Positions 11,653-25,682 of a stretch of DNA of 61,778 bases are shown in pieces. Position 1 is the stretch's first letter. Each line of letters begins with the position of its first letter. The notes beneath the pieces were generated by a model that was not told the DNA's origin, searched no databases, and was given only the letters and a program-made list of their open reading frames with translations. The position numbers were made by a program, and so were the translations under genes. The DNA comes from Octopus bimaculoides (taxonomy: Eukaryota): positions 16,197,418-16,259,195 of the forward strand of contig NC_068997.1 in assembly GCF_001194135.2 (NCBI RefSeq), read 5' to 3'.

Positions 11653-14019
11653 GTTTATCTTTATGTGCTTATCAGTCAATGCTTGTAACCATCTCTTAAA
11701 GCATGTATTATGTCTATGCACACAACTACTCGGTTTTTGCCAGTGTATACAATAACATATCAAGTTATGTGTTATTGTTGTCTCAGTGTGTCCCAGTGGA
11801 TACCGGCAACACCCTTATATGTTATGTCACACCTCACGACACACAAGTAATGTGACAAATTATCATGCGACAATATCGTCTTCCTTGCTTTCTCACTTTC
11901 AGCAGTCGAGGTTATGTGACAGTGTGTTACCACTCCATGAGCACACAACGTGTAGGATGTTTGTTGTGTGTCATGTGACCACGTTTCTCTGTAGTCAGGT
12001 CACATAACTACAGATTTGCTAAGTGTAGGTGATGGTAGAAATGCAGGTGGAGGTGATTTGATAGCATATCTCCTTACCATTGCGATTGTGTTTCTCCTCA
12101 ATGTCTCTCACCCACTCTCTTCCCATGCAGTAAGTGGATCATGTAGAACTGTGTATAGGATGTAGTCACCATCTGTCATGATCCATGTTAAATGATTGAA
12201 CAACTTGTAGGATGTTAGTCACATGACAATCATATGATGATCACGTGACAATGTATCTTTCCATCGTCAGGACAAGAGACAATGTTACTCCTTATAGTAC
12301 GATGATGTGACATCTCATTTGTTGATGTGACATTTCACATTATCTGTTACCACACCTCCCTTGCTCCCATTTCTCTCTCTCTCCTTCTTTCTCTCTCTCT
12401 CCTTCTTTCTCTCTCTCTCTCTCTCATGTAACAGCAGATGTGACATTTTCTCTTCCTATATGTCAGTTCTGTAACAATACATCTAATTAGATAATTGCAG
12501 CATATTGGTCACATGATATGTGACAGGATGTGCCATTGGATAGGACATGTGTCAATATTCAGATTATATGACAGCTAATCTTTGGCTGGATGTATATTAT
12601 ATTTAGTAAAAATTTCTTGGAATATATTATTATTAATAGATCTGTGTATATGCTTGTATATATTCAAATGTCTGTTCACATTGATCGCTCTCTTTGTCTC
12701 ACAGTTTATCTCATATTTTCTCCTATGTGTTTCTCTGTATGTGTGCTTGTACTTGTGTGTGTTGATGCATGTGTATAGCTAGAAAAGCTTTCATTGCCCA
12801 GTGATAAATGGGCCTTTCCTTAAATCTATCGGTGTGTTTATGCGAGTGTGTAATTATCAGTGTATTTTTGAATGTAACAATATATATACATACGTGTGTG
12901 TGTGTGTGCATGTGTAACAAATTATGCCAAGACCAGCTTTTGCCCTACAACCAGAAAACACATAACGGATACGTTCTGAATGTGCGTTAATTTACATATA
13001 TGTTGTGCATGTCCATACTTATGTTTGTCTGTGAATGTATATTTGTGTGTTTGCTTTTATGTGAGTGGGTGTGTGAGTGTCTGTGTGTGTGTATGTTTGT
13101 ATATGGTTACATGGGTATATGTGTGTATGAAGTGTGCTATCATCACTATGAATGTGCGCATGTGTGTGAATTAATGTGTTCCAACAATAACAACCCCTAC
13201 TCTGCTCCGCTCTAACGCCACCTCCATCCCCCACCCTACCACACCACAACAGTTCCGCAGGTCCACACAGTAAATATGGTGATTAAATAATTTGATTTCT
13301 GCAAATATTTCCGTCTCCCTATATTGAATACTTAATTTGGTACAACTCCCATCACCCCATGCACACACACACGCACACATACCTTTTCTCTTTTCACTTC
13401 CTCTTCCTCCTTCTTTTACATTTTTTTTTTCCTGATCATTCCTCCTCCTCTTTCTCCTACTCTTCCTAACTTTTATAAAACCATCCCCACCTCCTTTATG
13501 CACCCACTGCTCTTCCTCTTCCCTGCTCATCCCTCCTCCTCTTCTCCAATCTGGTTCTTTCACTTTGCTATATTACCTTTTTTTTTGCCATCATCATCTC
13601 TTTTCCACTACCATGCTTAAAATGACCTCTGCATTTTTGTTCCCAATTTTGCTTCAGTATTTCTTGGCCACTCTGCATTTATTTTTTTTCCCTTTACTGA
13701 CCATTTGCTTCCCTTAATGTATCATATTTTATGTAATTATATGCATACCTATATATACACACATGTATATATATATGTGGGTCATTAGAGAAATAGATAC
13801 AGATAAATCTCTCTGCTATTTACACTGAAGCAAATCCAGGCATTATTGCTGTATCTCTTTCTCATCATTTGTTCTGTTATCTTTTATGTTCTCTCATTTC
13901 TCTTCTCGTACCTGAATGAACGTTCATTGTGCTTCTCAGCATTATGTACTTACTGCCCTAGGTCGGTTTCATTTTAGTGTCATCATCCACATCGCTACCA
14001 CCAACCATGACATCATGAA

Positions 14020-14220
14020 GCCCATGAAGGAGCCTCTGTATGATTGTCTGACCTGTAAGAAATAGCAACCAAATCTTACTCAAAACCATGCTCTACTGTT
14101 ATAATATAGTTCTAGATATAAAAACTGTTTGTAAAAACGTACAGTGTTCATGACTAGAAATCTTGGATTTGGTCACTGGTATGCTTGACCAGGGTTGACC
14201 TGGAGCTAAACACCACCAAC
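14020..14220 (+). mobile_element. Retroposon family C
   Basis: gacctgtaagaaatagcaaccaaatct...cagggttgacctggagctaaacaccaccaac. Confidence 0.6.
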
Positions 14221-14621
14221 ATACCCATGACTTCATCATCCATTGCCACCAGCAGTACCATTATTGTTTTAGCTAGCAATTGCTGCAACATCTGGTCATT
14301 ACTGTTTTGTTTGGCCATCCATTCTGAGTCGATTTCTCATTGAGAATTGGTATCATTTGCCTTATGCTTGTTTCTACGGCACTATCATTGTCCACCTTTA
14401 TTGTAATTCTGACCACCAGTGCTAACTGGCTGTCTATATGGATGAAAAATTGCAGCATCCTCTGAGTGACATATTTCCAATCAGCACAGCTAGCCATTAC
14501 ATGACTGAGGGTTCAATATAATACTAGACCAGGACACAACATCTGGTTGCTGCTTTTGTTTGCTGTGCCATAGCTCCTTGGTTGAGAGATGGCTGAGGCT
14601 ATGCAACAAGGAAAATAGCTA

Positions 14622-14822
14622 CATCATCATTCATCATTTAAAATTCATCTTCCATGCTGGCATGGGTTGGACAGTTTGACAGGAGCTGGCAAGCCAGAGA
14701 GCCACACCAGTCTGCATTGTCTGCTTTGGCATAGTTTCTACAGTTGGGTGCCCTTCCTGATGCCAACCACTTTACAGAGTGTACGGGGTGCTTTTTTATG
14801 TAGCACCAGCACCAGTGCTAAC
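14622..14822 (-). mobile_element. SINE-like retroposon 3' end with an RTE-type tail
   Basis: (cat)n + ttccatgctggcatgggttggac, then a non-coding body (tttctacagttgggtgcccttcctgatgccaacc). Confidence 0.6.
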
Positions 14823-15887
14823 CAAAAACAACATTAATTATTGACAAAGGTACTAGGCCAAAGATTTTGGAGGGAGAGGTATAGTTGATTCAGCTTTTCC
14901 TTATACTTGAGCTTTCTAAAGATTTATGTAAACCATTGGCTCATAATCTCAAATTCAGTAACCTGAGAACAATTGATCATTGCAACCCCACTACATGGCT
15001 GGTACTTATTCTATCAAATATGATCTAGATCATGGATTTCAACTCAAAACAAAATATATATTTACATATAACAAGGCATATTTTGCTTATTATGCTACCA
15101 TATCTAGCATCTACTCACCTTACATGGTGGTGGTGGTGGTGGTGGTTGGGATGGCATAATCTGGTGGTGTTGGCGGTGGAAATAACTAATAACAACATTA
15201 AGAGTAGAAGAGAGGTCAGGAAAGAACGAAATCATGACACTAGATTCGCTTGTTCTATCTCTTGTAATACCAGTTTTGAAATATTAATCCTTCATATTTC
15301 CATCTCAGCTTGAAGATAGTATTTAATATAATCACCATAATATATGCTTGCATGACAAGGCACACACACACACATACACTCCCCCACATATGCACTATAT
15401 CGCCAAAAACATTCATCTACATAAACACACATACATATATGTTCACTGTCACACGTACAAATAGACACATGCGCACTTGTCTCCTGCATACTTTGATACA
15501 CATACATATTCTTACTCAAACCGTCTCACATACATAATCAAATACACAGTTTCCCACAAACATGCTGATATATGTATGCATACATACATACATACATACA
15601 TATGTATGTACGTACGTATGTATGAATGTGCAGTATCTTATATGCATGCATGCCAACAGAGCCTCACTGAAATATGCATGTGTGAATATAATATATTGTC
15701 TCAAGAAAATTTGAATACATGCACACAAAGTCATACAGGCATATCCATTGTCTCTCACAAACATACACAGAGGTACACACAAGATGTACTCTATCAAACA
15801 TGCAATCATTTCTCTAAATTCAGTGATAACTTACCAAATATGAACCACGCACACACACACGTGCATACACACACACACACACACGTG

Positions 15888-15922
<35 letters not shown>

Positions 15923-16083
15923 TACCCTGTACAGACATCTGTATAACCTCAGATGTACATCATCATGCATGAGCACATCTAAATACAAATACACAAACAT
16001 GGATACACCGCTGAAAACATACACTCACACATCTTAATGAGTTCAAATGTAGATTACCAAGTATGAAGGCACTTCAATACATG

Positions 16084-16124
<41 letters not shown>

Positions 16125-16720
16125 GCACATATTCACGTACCCTAAGGGTAGACAGAAATATGAATGCAGAATACACATACTTGTATACACACACATGCAT
16201 ACTCACATAGCCACCTCCTAAATAGGCATCCATACAGAAACATATCTAGATACACACACACACATACAAACAGGCAATATATATACACGTTTTGCACTCA
16301 CACCATCACTACACATGCACACACATATTCTCAAGGGAATTACTGCAGTTGTGGGGTTCTTTTACCTATTTTCCCCCTTTCTTTTCTCATTTGTTTCTTT
16401 TCTTTCTTTGCTTGGTTTTAGATTGAAAGAAATACAGCAGGGTAATGGTGGTGAGGTGTAATTTGTCTGCTAATATCTGATGATAAATTCTTGCTATTCT
16501 TTAAAATTTGTAAATTATACTTGAGTATTTTGTGGAGTTTTTTTTTTTCTCTTGTGTTCTTTGATATATCTGGAAAATTATAAATTATTAAAAAAAAAAA
16601 AGGGAAAAAATAATAACTAAAAATAAATGAATATAAATAACAAACACAAAATATGTAAGCAGTACATAAAAAAAAAGTAATGGTAAATAATAATTGTTTT
16701 TAACGGAGGCACAGGAGCAG

Positions 16721-16868
16721 AAAATTGGGAGGAGGGGGTTAATTAATTATGTTGATCCCTGAAGGATAAAAGGCAAAGTCATGTTGACAGGATTTGAACT
16801 CAAAACTTAAAGAAGTGAAACAAATATCACAAGGTATTTTGTCTTATGTTCTAGTTATTCTGACATTC
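16721..16868 (-). mobile_element. SINE family B fragment
   Basis: aaggataaaaggcaaagtc...ggatttgaactcaaaac matches 4493-4535. Confidence 0.55.
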
Positions 16869-19849
16869 TAATATAATAAGATAGATATATCTATATATAT
16901 ATATATTCACATAGGTGTGTTAAAGAGGAATAATTTGAAGAATTAATGCAAGTAGATAGATTGATAAAATTATAAGCAAGTAAGCTAAAGTAATTTACAG
17001 AATACTTTTGGAATGAAAGGGGAGCTGTGTTTGAGAATTGAGCAAGGAAAAATGTTAGTTCTGAGATAGAAATACCAAAGATTGAAACTTTTAGAATGAG
17101 TGATTTCTGCATACTGTAGTAGCACCTTTTTTTTTTCCACATCAGTTAGTTTAGGGAGAAGGTGTAATGCCTCTGACTGTTGCAAATCCTTGTCAGATTG
17201 TTGAAATTGTTATTGCTGATGGGCCAGCCTTAGTATCTGTATGGAAAACAATAGACAGGGAGAGACTTTGTGTTCTTGCTCAAAATGCTTGCGACAAAAT
17301 GAGATCATAAAGACACTAACAGACAAGGTAATCACCTGAGTGACAGGTCGGGTCTGCTTTTGTAAATTCAAAATGGGAAATCGGTGGAACACTAGAGTCC
17401 TTATTTTAAACTCTTCCAACTTTATGGCTACAAGACAGTTCTGTGCATCTCTTAATATACATAAGTACAGTTATTCCCTGTGTTACAGACATATTGCGTT
17501 CCAGAAAATCTTGTGTTAACATGTTAATTCCCATAACATGAAATACATTTTCACTTTGACTTTCATGAAACATGGAACTCAGTGGAAAATAGGGTTTGCA
17601 TTATCCATATCCACATTATGGCTAGATTTTTTAGAACAAAACTTCTATAATGGTAGCTGTACCCTTGCGGCAGTTCCTGTTATCTGTGAGTTGATCCATT
17701 TATGTCCCCAGCTTCTGGCAGTGCTAGGTTATTGCCTTTGCATGTAACTAGCTTCAAGTAAGAGTGGATTGGTTGATTCTGTTGAGTGGTGGGGAAAATA
17801 CTTTATGGCAGCAGTCCCCAATCTTTTTCACATCATGAACCAGGGGAGCATGTGCATAGCCAAACTCAAGGTCTATAATATATGATTTAATTATGTCATC
17901 TATATAATACAAAAACACTCTGCAGACTGTGATACTCTATAAAATTTTGGAAATTTATTCTTTCTGTGCACACCAGTACCAAATGATCCATGATCCAGTA
18001 TTGGCCTGCTTCCTGGCAATAGGGGGCTCCTGTATTTCTGCATTTAGTTAATTCCTTTACAAATTCTATCAGTGCAACTTTTACCTTTTCTGTTTCCAGG
18101 TTTGTTTAAGTAGCATCCAAGTACTGGGTTCAATATAATCTGTTGTTCCCTCCCCTAGCACTAATGTTAGAAACTGTGACTTACAGTTAAAAGCTGAACT
18201 GATTTAATTCTGTTTGTCAGTTTATTTAATGTTTATAAAGTAGTCTAGTTTGTTATTGCTGTTGTTTGGCTCCAAGACAGCTCTGGTTATCGCAGCCCTT
18301 TGATCGAAGGACTACATTGTCTAATGTGTCCTTCCTGTTCTATATTAGTGTGATGCGATATGAGAGAGATTTGGCCCTAGCAATTCAAGCGCTCACATTG
18401 AAGCTCTTTCATTACCATGTAATGGTTTCTACATAGAGAAGTTATTCTTGTAGTAAATCCTGTTGTTGACATACCTCACTAATCACTATCACAACTAACC
18501 ACCACCACCACCACCATCATTGCCACTTCCACACTTTGTTGTTGTAAATCTATATTAACTGTCTGTTGACATCATGAGTAATGGCTGTGTTTATAGAATT
18601 ATTCTAACAGAAAAATCCTATCCATTGACAATGTGTTAACCTGTTCCATTGTATACACCTGCTAATAACACTTTTGTAATTGCTAATCCCAGTTAGTAAC
18701 TATTCTAATATAAACTTCTATAGAACACCATGCTGCATGATTACCAAACGATTCACAAAATCTGAGATGGGTTGTTGCACATAACGTTATAATTTTTCAC
18801 TCTCTTAATCTGATTTTTAGCAATTAAACAACTACTGCTGCTGTTGGTGCTTCATTTATATCAATTGATTTGATTTTCAATTGTCATTAGATGTCTTATT
18901 CATTGACGTGTACGCAGTACCTGATAGTTAGTACCTAGCACAAAACCAGGGACCTTTCGTTCCGATAATGACTGAGTATCAACTGATTAAAACATGGGGG
19001 TGGTTGTAAATATATATTAAAATCAAAAACGTCTCCAACTCTAATTGTCTGCGTAAAATAAAAATCTTGCATGAAAGAATATTTGGCGTTCCGAATATAT
19101 TGATGTCATGCTGAAGCTATATTTAGCCTTCTTCTAAGAACACACACTCTGTTTTAAGCATCGTATAAATAGGTTCTAAAGATTAAATATGCTTTCACAT
19201 ACTAAATCACTATGGCTGTTCTGTGTAAACCTTGTTATCACTACTGGACTAAAAGGAACAATAGAGAGACCAGCGCCCCACAATTGTCTTGATTGCATTC
19301 ACTTTCAGTCAATGGTCAATAGTGTTTTCTCTTTTCTATAACACTCTGTTTCTCATTTCTTAACAGCACCAACCGCCACCACCACCCCGACACACAGACA
19401 CGCACACACACACTTCACCTTCTGCCCCCCTTTTTCCCCTCTCTCTCTCTTTCTCTCTCTCTCTCTGTTATTTTTACTTTATTGACTCACAATGTCTTGT
19501 CTTTTCTATTCTTTCTCTTAATTACTACACACATTTTTAGTCCCTTTCCCTCCCTCTCTCTCTCTGCATCCCTTGTTGTTTCTACCAATGACCTCACTTC
19601 ATTGCCTTTCTCTGTGTCTTTCTTCAGCTACTACTTTGTTGTCCAGCTCCTTTTCCTCTTCCCCTTCCCAGATAATTCTCCTCCTCCTCCTTTCCACCTT
19701 ACTACTCCTTCCCACTATCCTTCTACTCCCGCAGTCTTCCCACTGCATTTCTTAATCACAATCATGGGCTGTTGTTAGTTTTCATTAAACTTTATTTAAT
19801 TCTCATGACTCCCATAATGAGGTGAGTAAAATGAGTTTCTGTTTGTCCT

Positions 19850-19887
19850 CCTCATCACTGCCATTGTCATTGTCGTCGTCGTCATCG

Positions 19888-19920
<33 letters not shown>

Positions 19921-20410
19921 CCACCATCATTGATTCCATTGTCATCCTTATTGGCATTATTATCACCATCACCACTACCTGCCTCCTCATCAGCACCATG
20001 ATGCATGATGATGATCATCATTATCATTTTATCATCATTATCTTCTTATTTCATCATTTACTTCTCCTTTCCTGTGATGTCATCACATCATGAGGCTGAT
20101 TATCATCATCATCATCATCATCATCGCCACCATCAGTATCGTCACCATCATCATCATCGTCGTCGTCGTCATAATAGTCAATATTTGTTATGATATTGTT
20201 ACTTATTACTTTCACCAAAGCTAGTAATTGTTGCCATGCCATCTCCATCAACATCATCATTTGTAATTTTCATTTTCATGAGATAAAATCATTTCTGACA
20301 CCACCACCACCACCACTACCACCACCACCATCATCATCATCATCATCGTCGTCGTCATCACCATCGTCATCTTCATCATCATTTATCATTGTTGTCGTCA
20401 TCATCAATGA
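19850..20410. repeat. Degenerate (CAT/CAC/CGT)n triplet array
   Basis: Direct. Confidence 0.9.
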
Positions 20411-20621
20411 AATTACTGTCACCGTTGTGATTATTATTCTTCAATCTGTATGAAGACGACTAAAATAAGACCCCTAAAACAAGCCTTGATACAGCGAGCC
20501 ATTTCCATCAAATTCCCACTCCTTCCTTCCTTCATTCCTTCCTTTCTTTCCATGTTTTATTTATATATTTAATCTGTCCTTAACTTGCTGCCTGCCTCTC
20601 CTCTCCTCATTCTTGAACTTT

Positions 20622-20928
20622 TCTTCTCTTACTCTTTTACTGATTTCGGTCATTGTGCAGTGACCATGCTGGGGCACCGCCTTCACTGCTTATTTCTTCT
20701 TAGCAATCTTTCTTTGTTAAACTACTCAGATATCTTTTTATTTTTTTCATAAGACTGTGGCCATGCCTTGAAGAATTTCTAGTTGAATGAATTGACTCCA
20801 GTAGTTTTTCTTTTGAACCTGGTACTTATTCTATTGGTCTCTTTTGCCAGACTGCTAAGTTACAGGGGCATAGACACACCAGCACTGGTTGTCAAGTGGA
20901 GGTGGGGAACAAACACAGACACAATGAT

Positions 20929-20960
<32 letters not shown>

Positions 20961-21105
20961 GATGGACTTTCAGCTTCCATCTACTAAATCCACTCACAAG
21001 GCTTTTGTTGGCCTGAGGCTATAGTAGAAGTCACTTACCAAGGTGTCACTCGGTGAGACTGAACCTGGAATCATGTGTTTGGGAAGTAAACTTCTTACCA
21101 CAGAA
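20622..21105 (-). mobile_element. tRNA-derived SINE, family A (head + central domain + internal microsatellite + (AAAGAGT)n-type tail), CpG-decayed
   Basis: Aligns by eye with the copies at 21324-21643 and 58805-58979; the minus strand shows a B-box-like head (ccaggttcagtctc), the gccttgtgagtggattt core and an internal (CA/TA)n tract. Confidence 0.8.
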
Positions 21106-21323
21106 TCAGGATATTTTGTTTTGAAATTTTTTCTTTTCTTCTTCTTCTTAAACCCAAGAAATATTTACCAAATTTTTTGTTAGGTGAGATAACATCAACA
21201 CTGTTCTTTCTCTTTCCATCACTCATTACCAATATCCTCATTGAAACATATCACCACTGCCGCCACCACTACCACAACCACCACAGCTATTACCATTGCA
21301 GGTACCACTAGCACCACCATACC

Positions 21324-21643
21324 CTCTCTTTACTCTCTTTTACTCTTTTACTTGTTTCAGTCTTTTGACTGTGGCCATGCTGGAGCACCGCCTTTAGTCG
21401 AGCAAATCGACCCCAGGACTTATTCTTTGGAAGCCTAGTACTTATTATATCAGTCTCTTTTGCTGAACCGCTAAGTTACAGGGACATAAACACACCAGCA
21501 TCGGTTGTCAAGCGATGTTGGAGGGACAAACACACACATACAAACATATATATATACATATATACGACAGGCTTCTTTCAGTTTCCGTCTACCAAATCCA
21601 CTCACAAGGCTTTGGTTAGCCTGAGGCTATATTAGAAGACATT
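21324..21643 (-). mobile_element. SINE family A, young copy, 5' end lost in the gap
   Basis: Tail (tactctttt)n, 3' domain ggagcaccgcctttagtcgagcaaatcgacc, internal microsatellite, core ttccgtctaccaaatccactcacaaggc. Confidence 0.85.
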
Positions 21644-22664
21644 NNNNNNNNNNNNNNNNNNNNNNNNNNNNNNNNNNNNNNNNNNNNNNNNNNNNNNNNN
21701 NNNNNNNNNNNNNNNNNNNNNNNNNNNNNNNNNNNNNNNNNNNNNNNNNNNNNNNNNNNNNNNNNNNNNNNNNNNNNNNNNNNNNNNNNNNNNNNNNNNN
21801 NNNNNNNNNNNNNNNNNNNNNNNNNNNNNNNNNNNNNNNNNNNNNNNNNNNNNNNNNNNNNNNNNNNNNNNNNNNNNNNNNNNNNNNNNNNNNNNNNNNN
21901 NNNNNNNNNNNNNNNNNNNNNNNNNNNNNNNNNNNNNNNNNNNNNNNNNNNNNNNNNNNNNNNNNNNNNNNNNNNNNNNNNNNNNNNNNNNNNNNNNNNN
22001 NNNNNNNNNNNNNNNNNNNNNNNNNNNNNNNNNNNNNNNNNNNNNNNNNNNNNNNNNNNNNNNNNNNNNNNNNNNNNNNNNNNNNNNNNNNNNNNNNNNN
22101 NNNNNNNNNNNNNNNNNNNNNNNNNNNNNNNNNNNNNNNNNNNNNNNNNNNNNNNNNNNNNNNNNNNNNNGGCTGTCAGTTGGTTGTTGTTTTTTTTCTC
22201 TGCCTTTTTTTTATTTTAATTATTGTGTTGCTGTTGTTTTTAGTGTCATTGTTGTTGTCGGTGGTGGTAGCAATGTTGGTTGTGTGACGTGTACTGCCAT
22301 CCTGTTGTTGGTAATGTGGTGCCGGTGCCAGTAGTCAATGTAGTCATTCTCGTGATGGTGGTAATGTCGGTTGTAGAGATGTGGTGGCGTCGGACAGGGT
22401 AGTGGGGGGGGGATTTCACTCTCTGTAGTTGGTCTAGTAGTGGTGGTGATATTTAACTGCTAGTGGTACAGTGATGTTCGTAGCTGGTAGCGCGAATGAG
22501 TGTGGTGGCAGTGATGGTTGGTAGCAGTTGTAGTTTTTGTTGTCGATGGTGATGGCTATGATGATGCTGTTGTTGTTGTTCTTTGACTTTGGCTTTGCAA
22601 GTCAATAACAAAACGACCTGCTTGTGTTTTAGTTGTGTATTGCTTTTGTTGTCATTACCGATAT

Positions 22665-22780
22665 CATTATTATTATTATTATCATCATTATTATTATTAT
22701 TATTATTATTGTTATTGTTATCATCATTATTATTATTATTATTATTATTGTTATCATCATTATTATTATTATTATTATCA
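22665..22780. repeat. (ATT)n/(ATC)n array next to a gap
   Basis: Direct. Confidence 0.95.
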
Positions 22781-24167
22781 TTTACTATTTCTACAGATTC
22801 CTTGCCTCGTTATTATTNNNNNNNNNNNNNNNNNNNNNNNNNNNNNNNNNNNNNNNNNNNNNNNNNNNNNNNNNNNNNNNNNNNNNNNNNNNNNNNNNNN
22901 NNNNNNNNNNNNNNNNNNNNNNNNNNNNNNNNNNNNNNNNNNNNNNNNNNNNNNNNNNNNNNNNNNNNNNNNNNNNNNNNNNNNNNNNNNNNNNNNNNNN
23001 NNNNNNNNNNNNNNNNNNNNNNNNNNNNNNNNNNNNNNNNNNNNNNNNNNNNNNNNNNNNNNNNNNNNNNNNNNNNNNNNNNNNNNNNNNNNNNNNNNNN
23101 NNNNNNNNNNNNNNNNNNNNNNNNNNNNNNNNNNNNNNNNNNNNNNNNNNNNNNNNNNNNNNNNNNNNNNNNNNNNNNNNNNNNNNNNNNNNNNNNNNNN
23201 NNNNNNNNNNNNNNNNNNNNNNNNNNNNNNNNNNNNNNNNNNNNNNNNNNNNNNNNNNNNNNNNNNNNNNNNNNNNNNNNNNNNNNNNNNNNNNNNNNNN
23301 NNNNNNNNNNNNNNNNNNNNNNNNNNNNNNNNNNNNNNNNNNNNNNNNNNNNNNNNNNNNNNNNNNNNNNNNNNNNNNNNNNNNNNNNNNNNNNNNNNNN
23401 NNNNNNNNNNNNNNNNNNNNNNNNNNNNNNNNNNNNNNNNNNNNNNNNNNNNNNNNNNNNNNNNNNNNNNNNNNNNNNNNNNNNNNNNNNNNNNNNNNNN
23501 NNNNNNNNNNNNNNNNNNNNNNNNNNNNNNNNNNNNNNNNNNNNNNNNNNNNNNNNNNNNNNNNNNNNNNNNNNNNNNNNNNNNNNNNNNNNNNNNNNNN
23601 NNNNNNNNNNNNNNNNNNNNNNNNNNNNNNNNNNNNNNNNNNNNNNNNNNNNNNNNNNNNNNNNNNNNNNNNNNNNNNNNNNNNNNNNNNNNNNNNNNNN
23701 NNNNNNNNNNNNNNNNNNNNNNNNNNNNNNNNNNNNNNNNNNNNNNNNNNNNNNNNNNNNNNNNNNNNNNNNNNNNNNNNNNNNNNNNNNNNNNNTTACC
23801 TTACCATTATGGTGGAGAGTTATAATGCCTAAGTGAAGAAGTCAAAAGTTCACATTCTATTTCTGATGTTCCCTTGTGCCCTGATCAAGGCACTGAACCA
23901 TTTACTTCTTTTCCTGTATACCTGGAAGTACTATAGATAATAGACAAAAAAAAAAAAGGCAGAATGGCACTGGGTCCTTGGGCAAATTACTTAACTGTGT
24001 CTGTGCAATGTATTTTACTGTAAGAGCTTGTAACAAGAGGCAGAAGAGACAGTGCATATCACATGACTAGTTTATTCAGTAGCGAATTGGATGGGAGTAC
24101 TGTTTGTTGTAACAAGATGATAAAAATGATTAGTCCTTTGCCTTACAAGTACAGTCCGTCGCAGATG

Positions 24168-24480
24168 CAGGAATGACCAAGTGGTTAAGTAGTTTACTTT
24201 ACAATCATAACATTCTGGGTTCAATCCCAATGAGTGGTATCTTGGCCAAAATAACTCATAGCTTTAGGTTGATGATCCAAACTGTCTAAATGAAGCTGAA
24301 TTGACAGAAACCATGTGGAATCCAGTCATATGGATTGCACCTGTTCATTGAAGATTCAAATTGTGTTATGGCTATATGTATCTGTGGAATACTCAACCAT
24401 TTATATATTAGTTTAGTTTAACAAACAGGTAACAAACAAACTCAGTGCTTGTCATCAAAATTAATGATAGATCCATCAGT
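24168..24480 (+). mobile_element. Old SINE with a family-A-like head and a third type of 3' region
   Basis: caagtggttaagtag...ctgggttcaatccc (A/B-box-like) head and degenerate core; the 3' part differs from the other two tails. Confidence 0.5.
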
Positions 24481-25449
24481 CGTCATCAGAGTTCTTCTGA
24501 TAAACTTCTTTACAGTTAGATCTATAACTACATTTTTTTAAGACAGTAGAATGTAATTCTTGACAAATTTCATTGGTTCTAAATTCTAGTTGGTTGAGCG
24601 ACTGAAATAGAGGCCCTTTTGGCTCTGTGTGTGTGTGTGTTGGGAAAAATTGAACTGATATTGAATCCCAGAATGTTCCATGCTGAGAGAGCAAATATCA
24701 AATAAAGTATTTCTTACAAGATTTTGGAGGTGAAAGAGAAGAGGAATAATTTAGAGGAAGAAAGTTTGTTGTTATCTCCAGGTCAGTTTATATAGAACAA
24801 ACTAGTGATTGGAGCAATTCCAGCCATAACCATTCTGTTTTCAGTTGTAGTGTATTCAAGATTGATTAATCATGTGTCATTTTCAGAAATGTGGCACTTA
24901 CACCTGTAAAGTAATCCTAAGGCAGACTTGATGCAATATGGTGTGTAATTAAACTGGTCCTTTAAATACCAGGTCCAGTCCATCTGATGACCTTCTATGC
25001 AACTGGATCTAGGACCATTTTGTCTAAGACAGTAGGGTGTGATTTAAGAGGGGTTTCATTGATATCGAATTCTTGCATGTTTGAGCAACTAAATAGTAAT
25101 CTTCTGATTGGATGAAAACAAGGAGCAACTGGTAAGTTAGATGGGTTTTAATAGGAATGGTACTTAGTTCATTGTTACCCTTCATTTTCAAAGATTTGAG
25201 CACAGTTTTTAGAATACACTACACAAATTACAATTAAGCATTCCATCTAGTGATGTCTCTTTTGTGCCAATTATATTGCAGCCTTGCAATGACTTCAACT
25301 ACAATTTTGAATATTGGCAAAAGACCACAGATTTCTAGATAGGAAATATTAACTTCCAGACAAATGACCAAAATGTCTTCAGTTTATATCATTAGTGCAC
25401 AGTTTGAGACCATTTTACTGATGCTGCACTCAGCTATGAAACACAAAGT

Positions 25450-25682
25450 CCATTACGATGGGACTTGAACTTCGTCAGCCCTCTTTGAGATCTTTGATCT
25501 GGTAGAAAAAGTAGCCAGATCTCTGTGAAATTAAATCCTCCTGTCTTAAAAATTAGACACATTGGATATAATGTAACCAGAAAAAAAAAAAAAAAAAGGA
25601 ACGAAACAATGGCTGTAGCTGGAATGCCTATAATCATGGATCTGCTCAATCAGGGCTCAACTAGGGCTCAACAACAACAACA
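25450..25682 (+). mobile_element. Retroposon family C, (AAC)n tail (orientation inferred from the tail)
   Basis: tagaaaaagtagccagatctc...gctggaatgcctataatcatggatctgctcaatcagggctcaactagggctcaacaacaac; related copies at 14020, 28372, 50870 and 55091. Confidence 0.65.

Noticed and set aside
14273-14497. 74-aa minus-strand ORF in complex sequence
   Set aside because: No recognisable homology or convincing splice sites; flanked by retroposon fragments.
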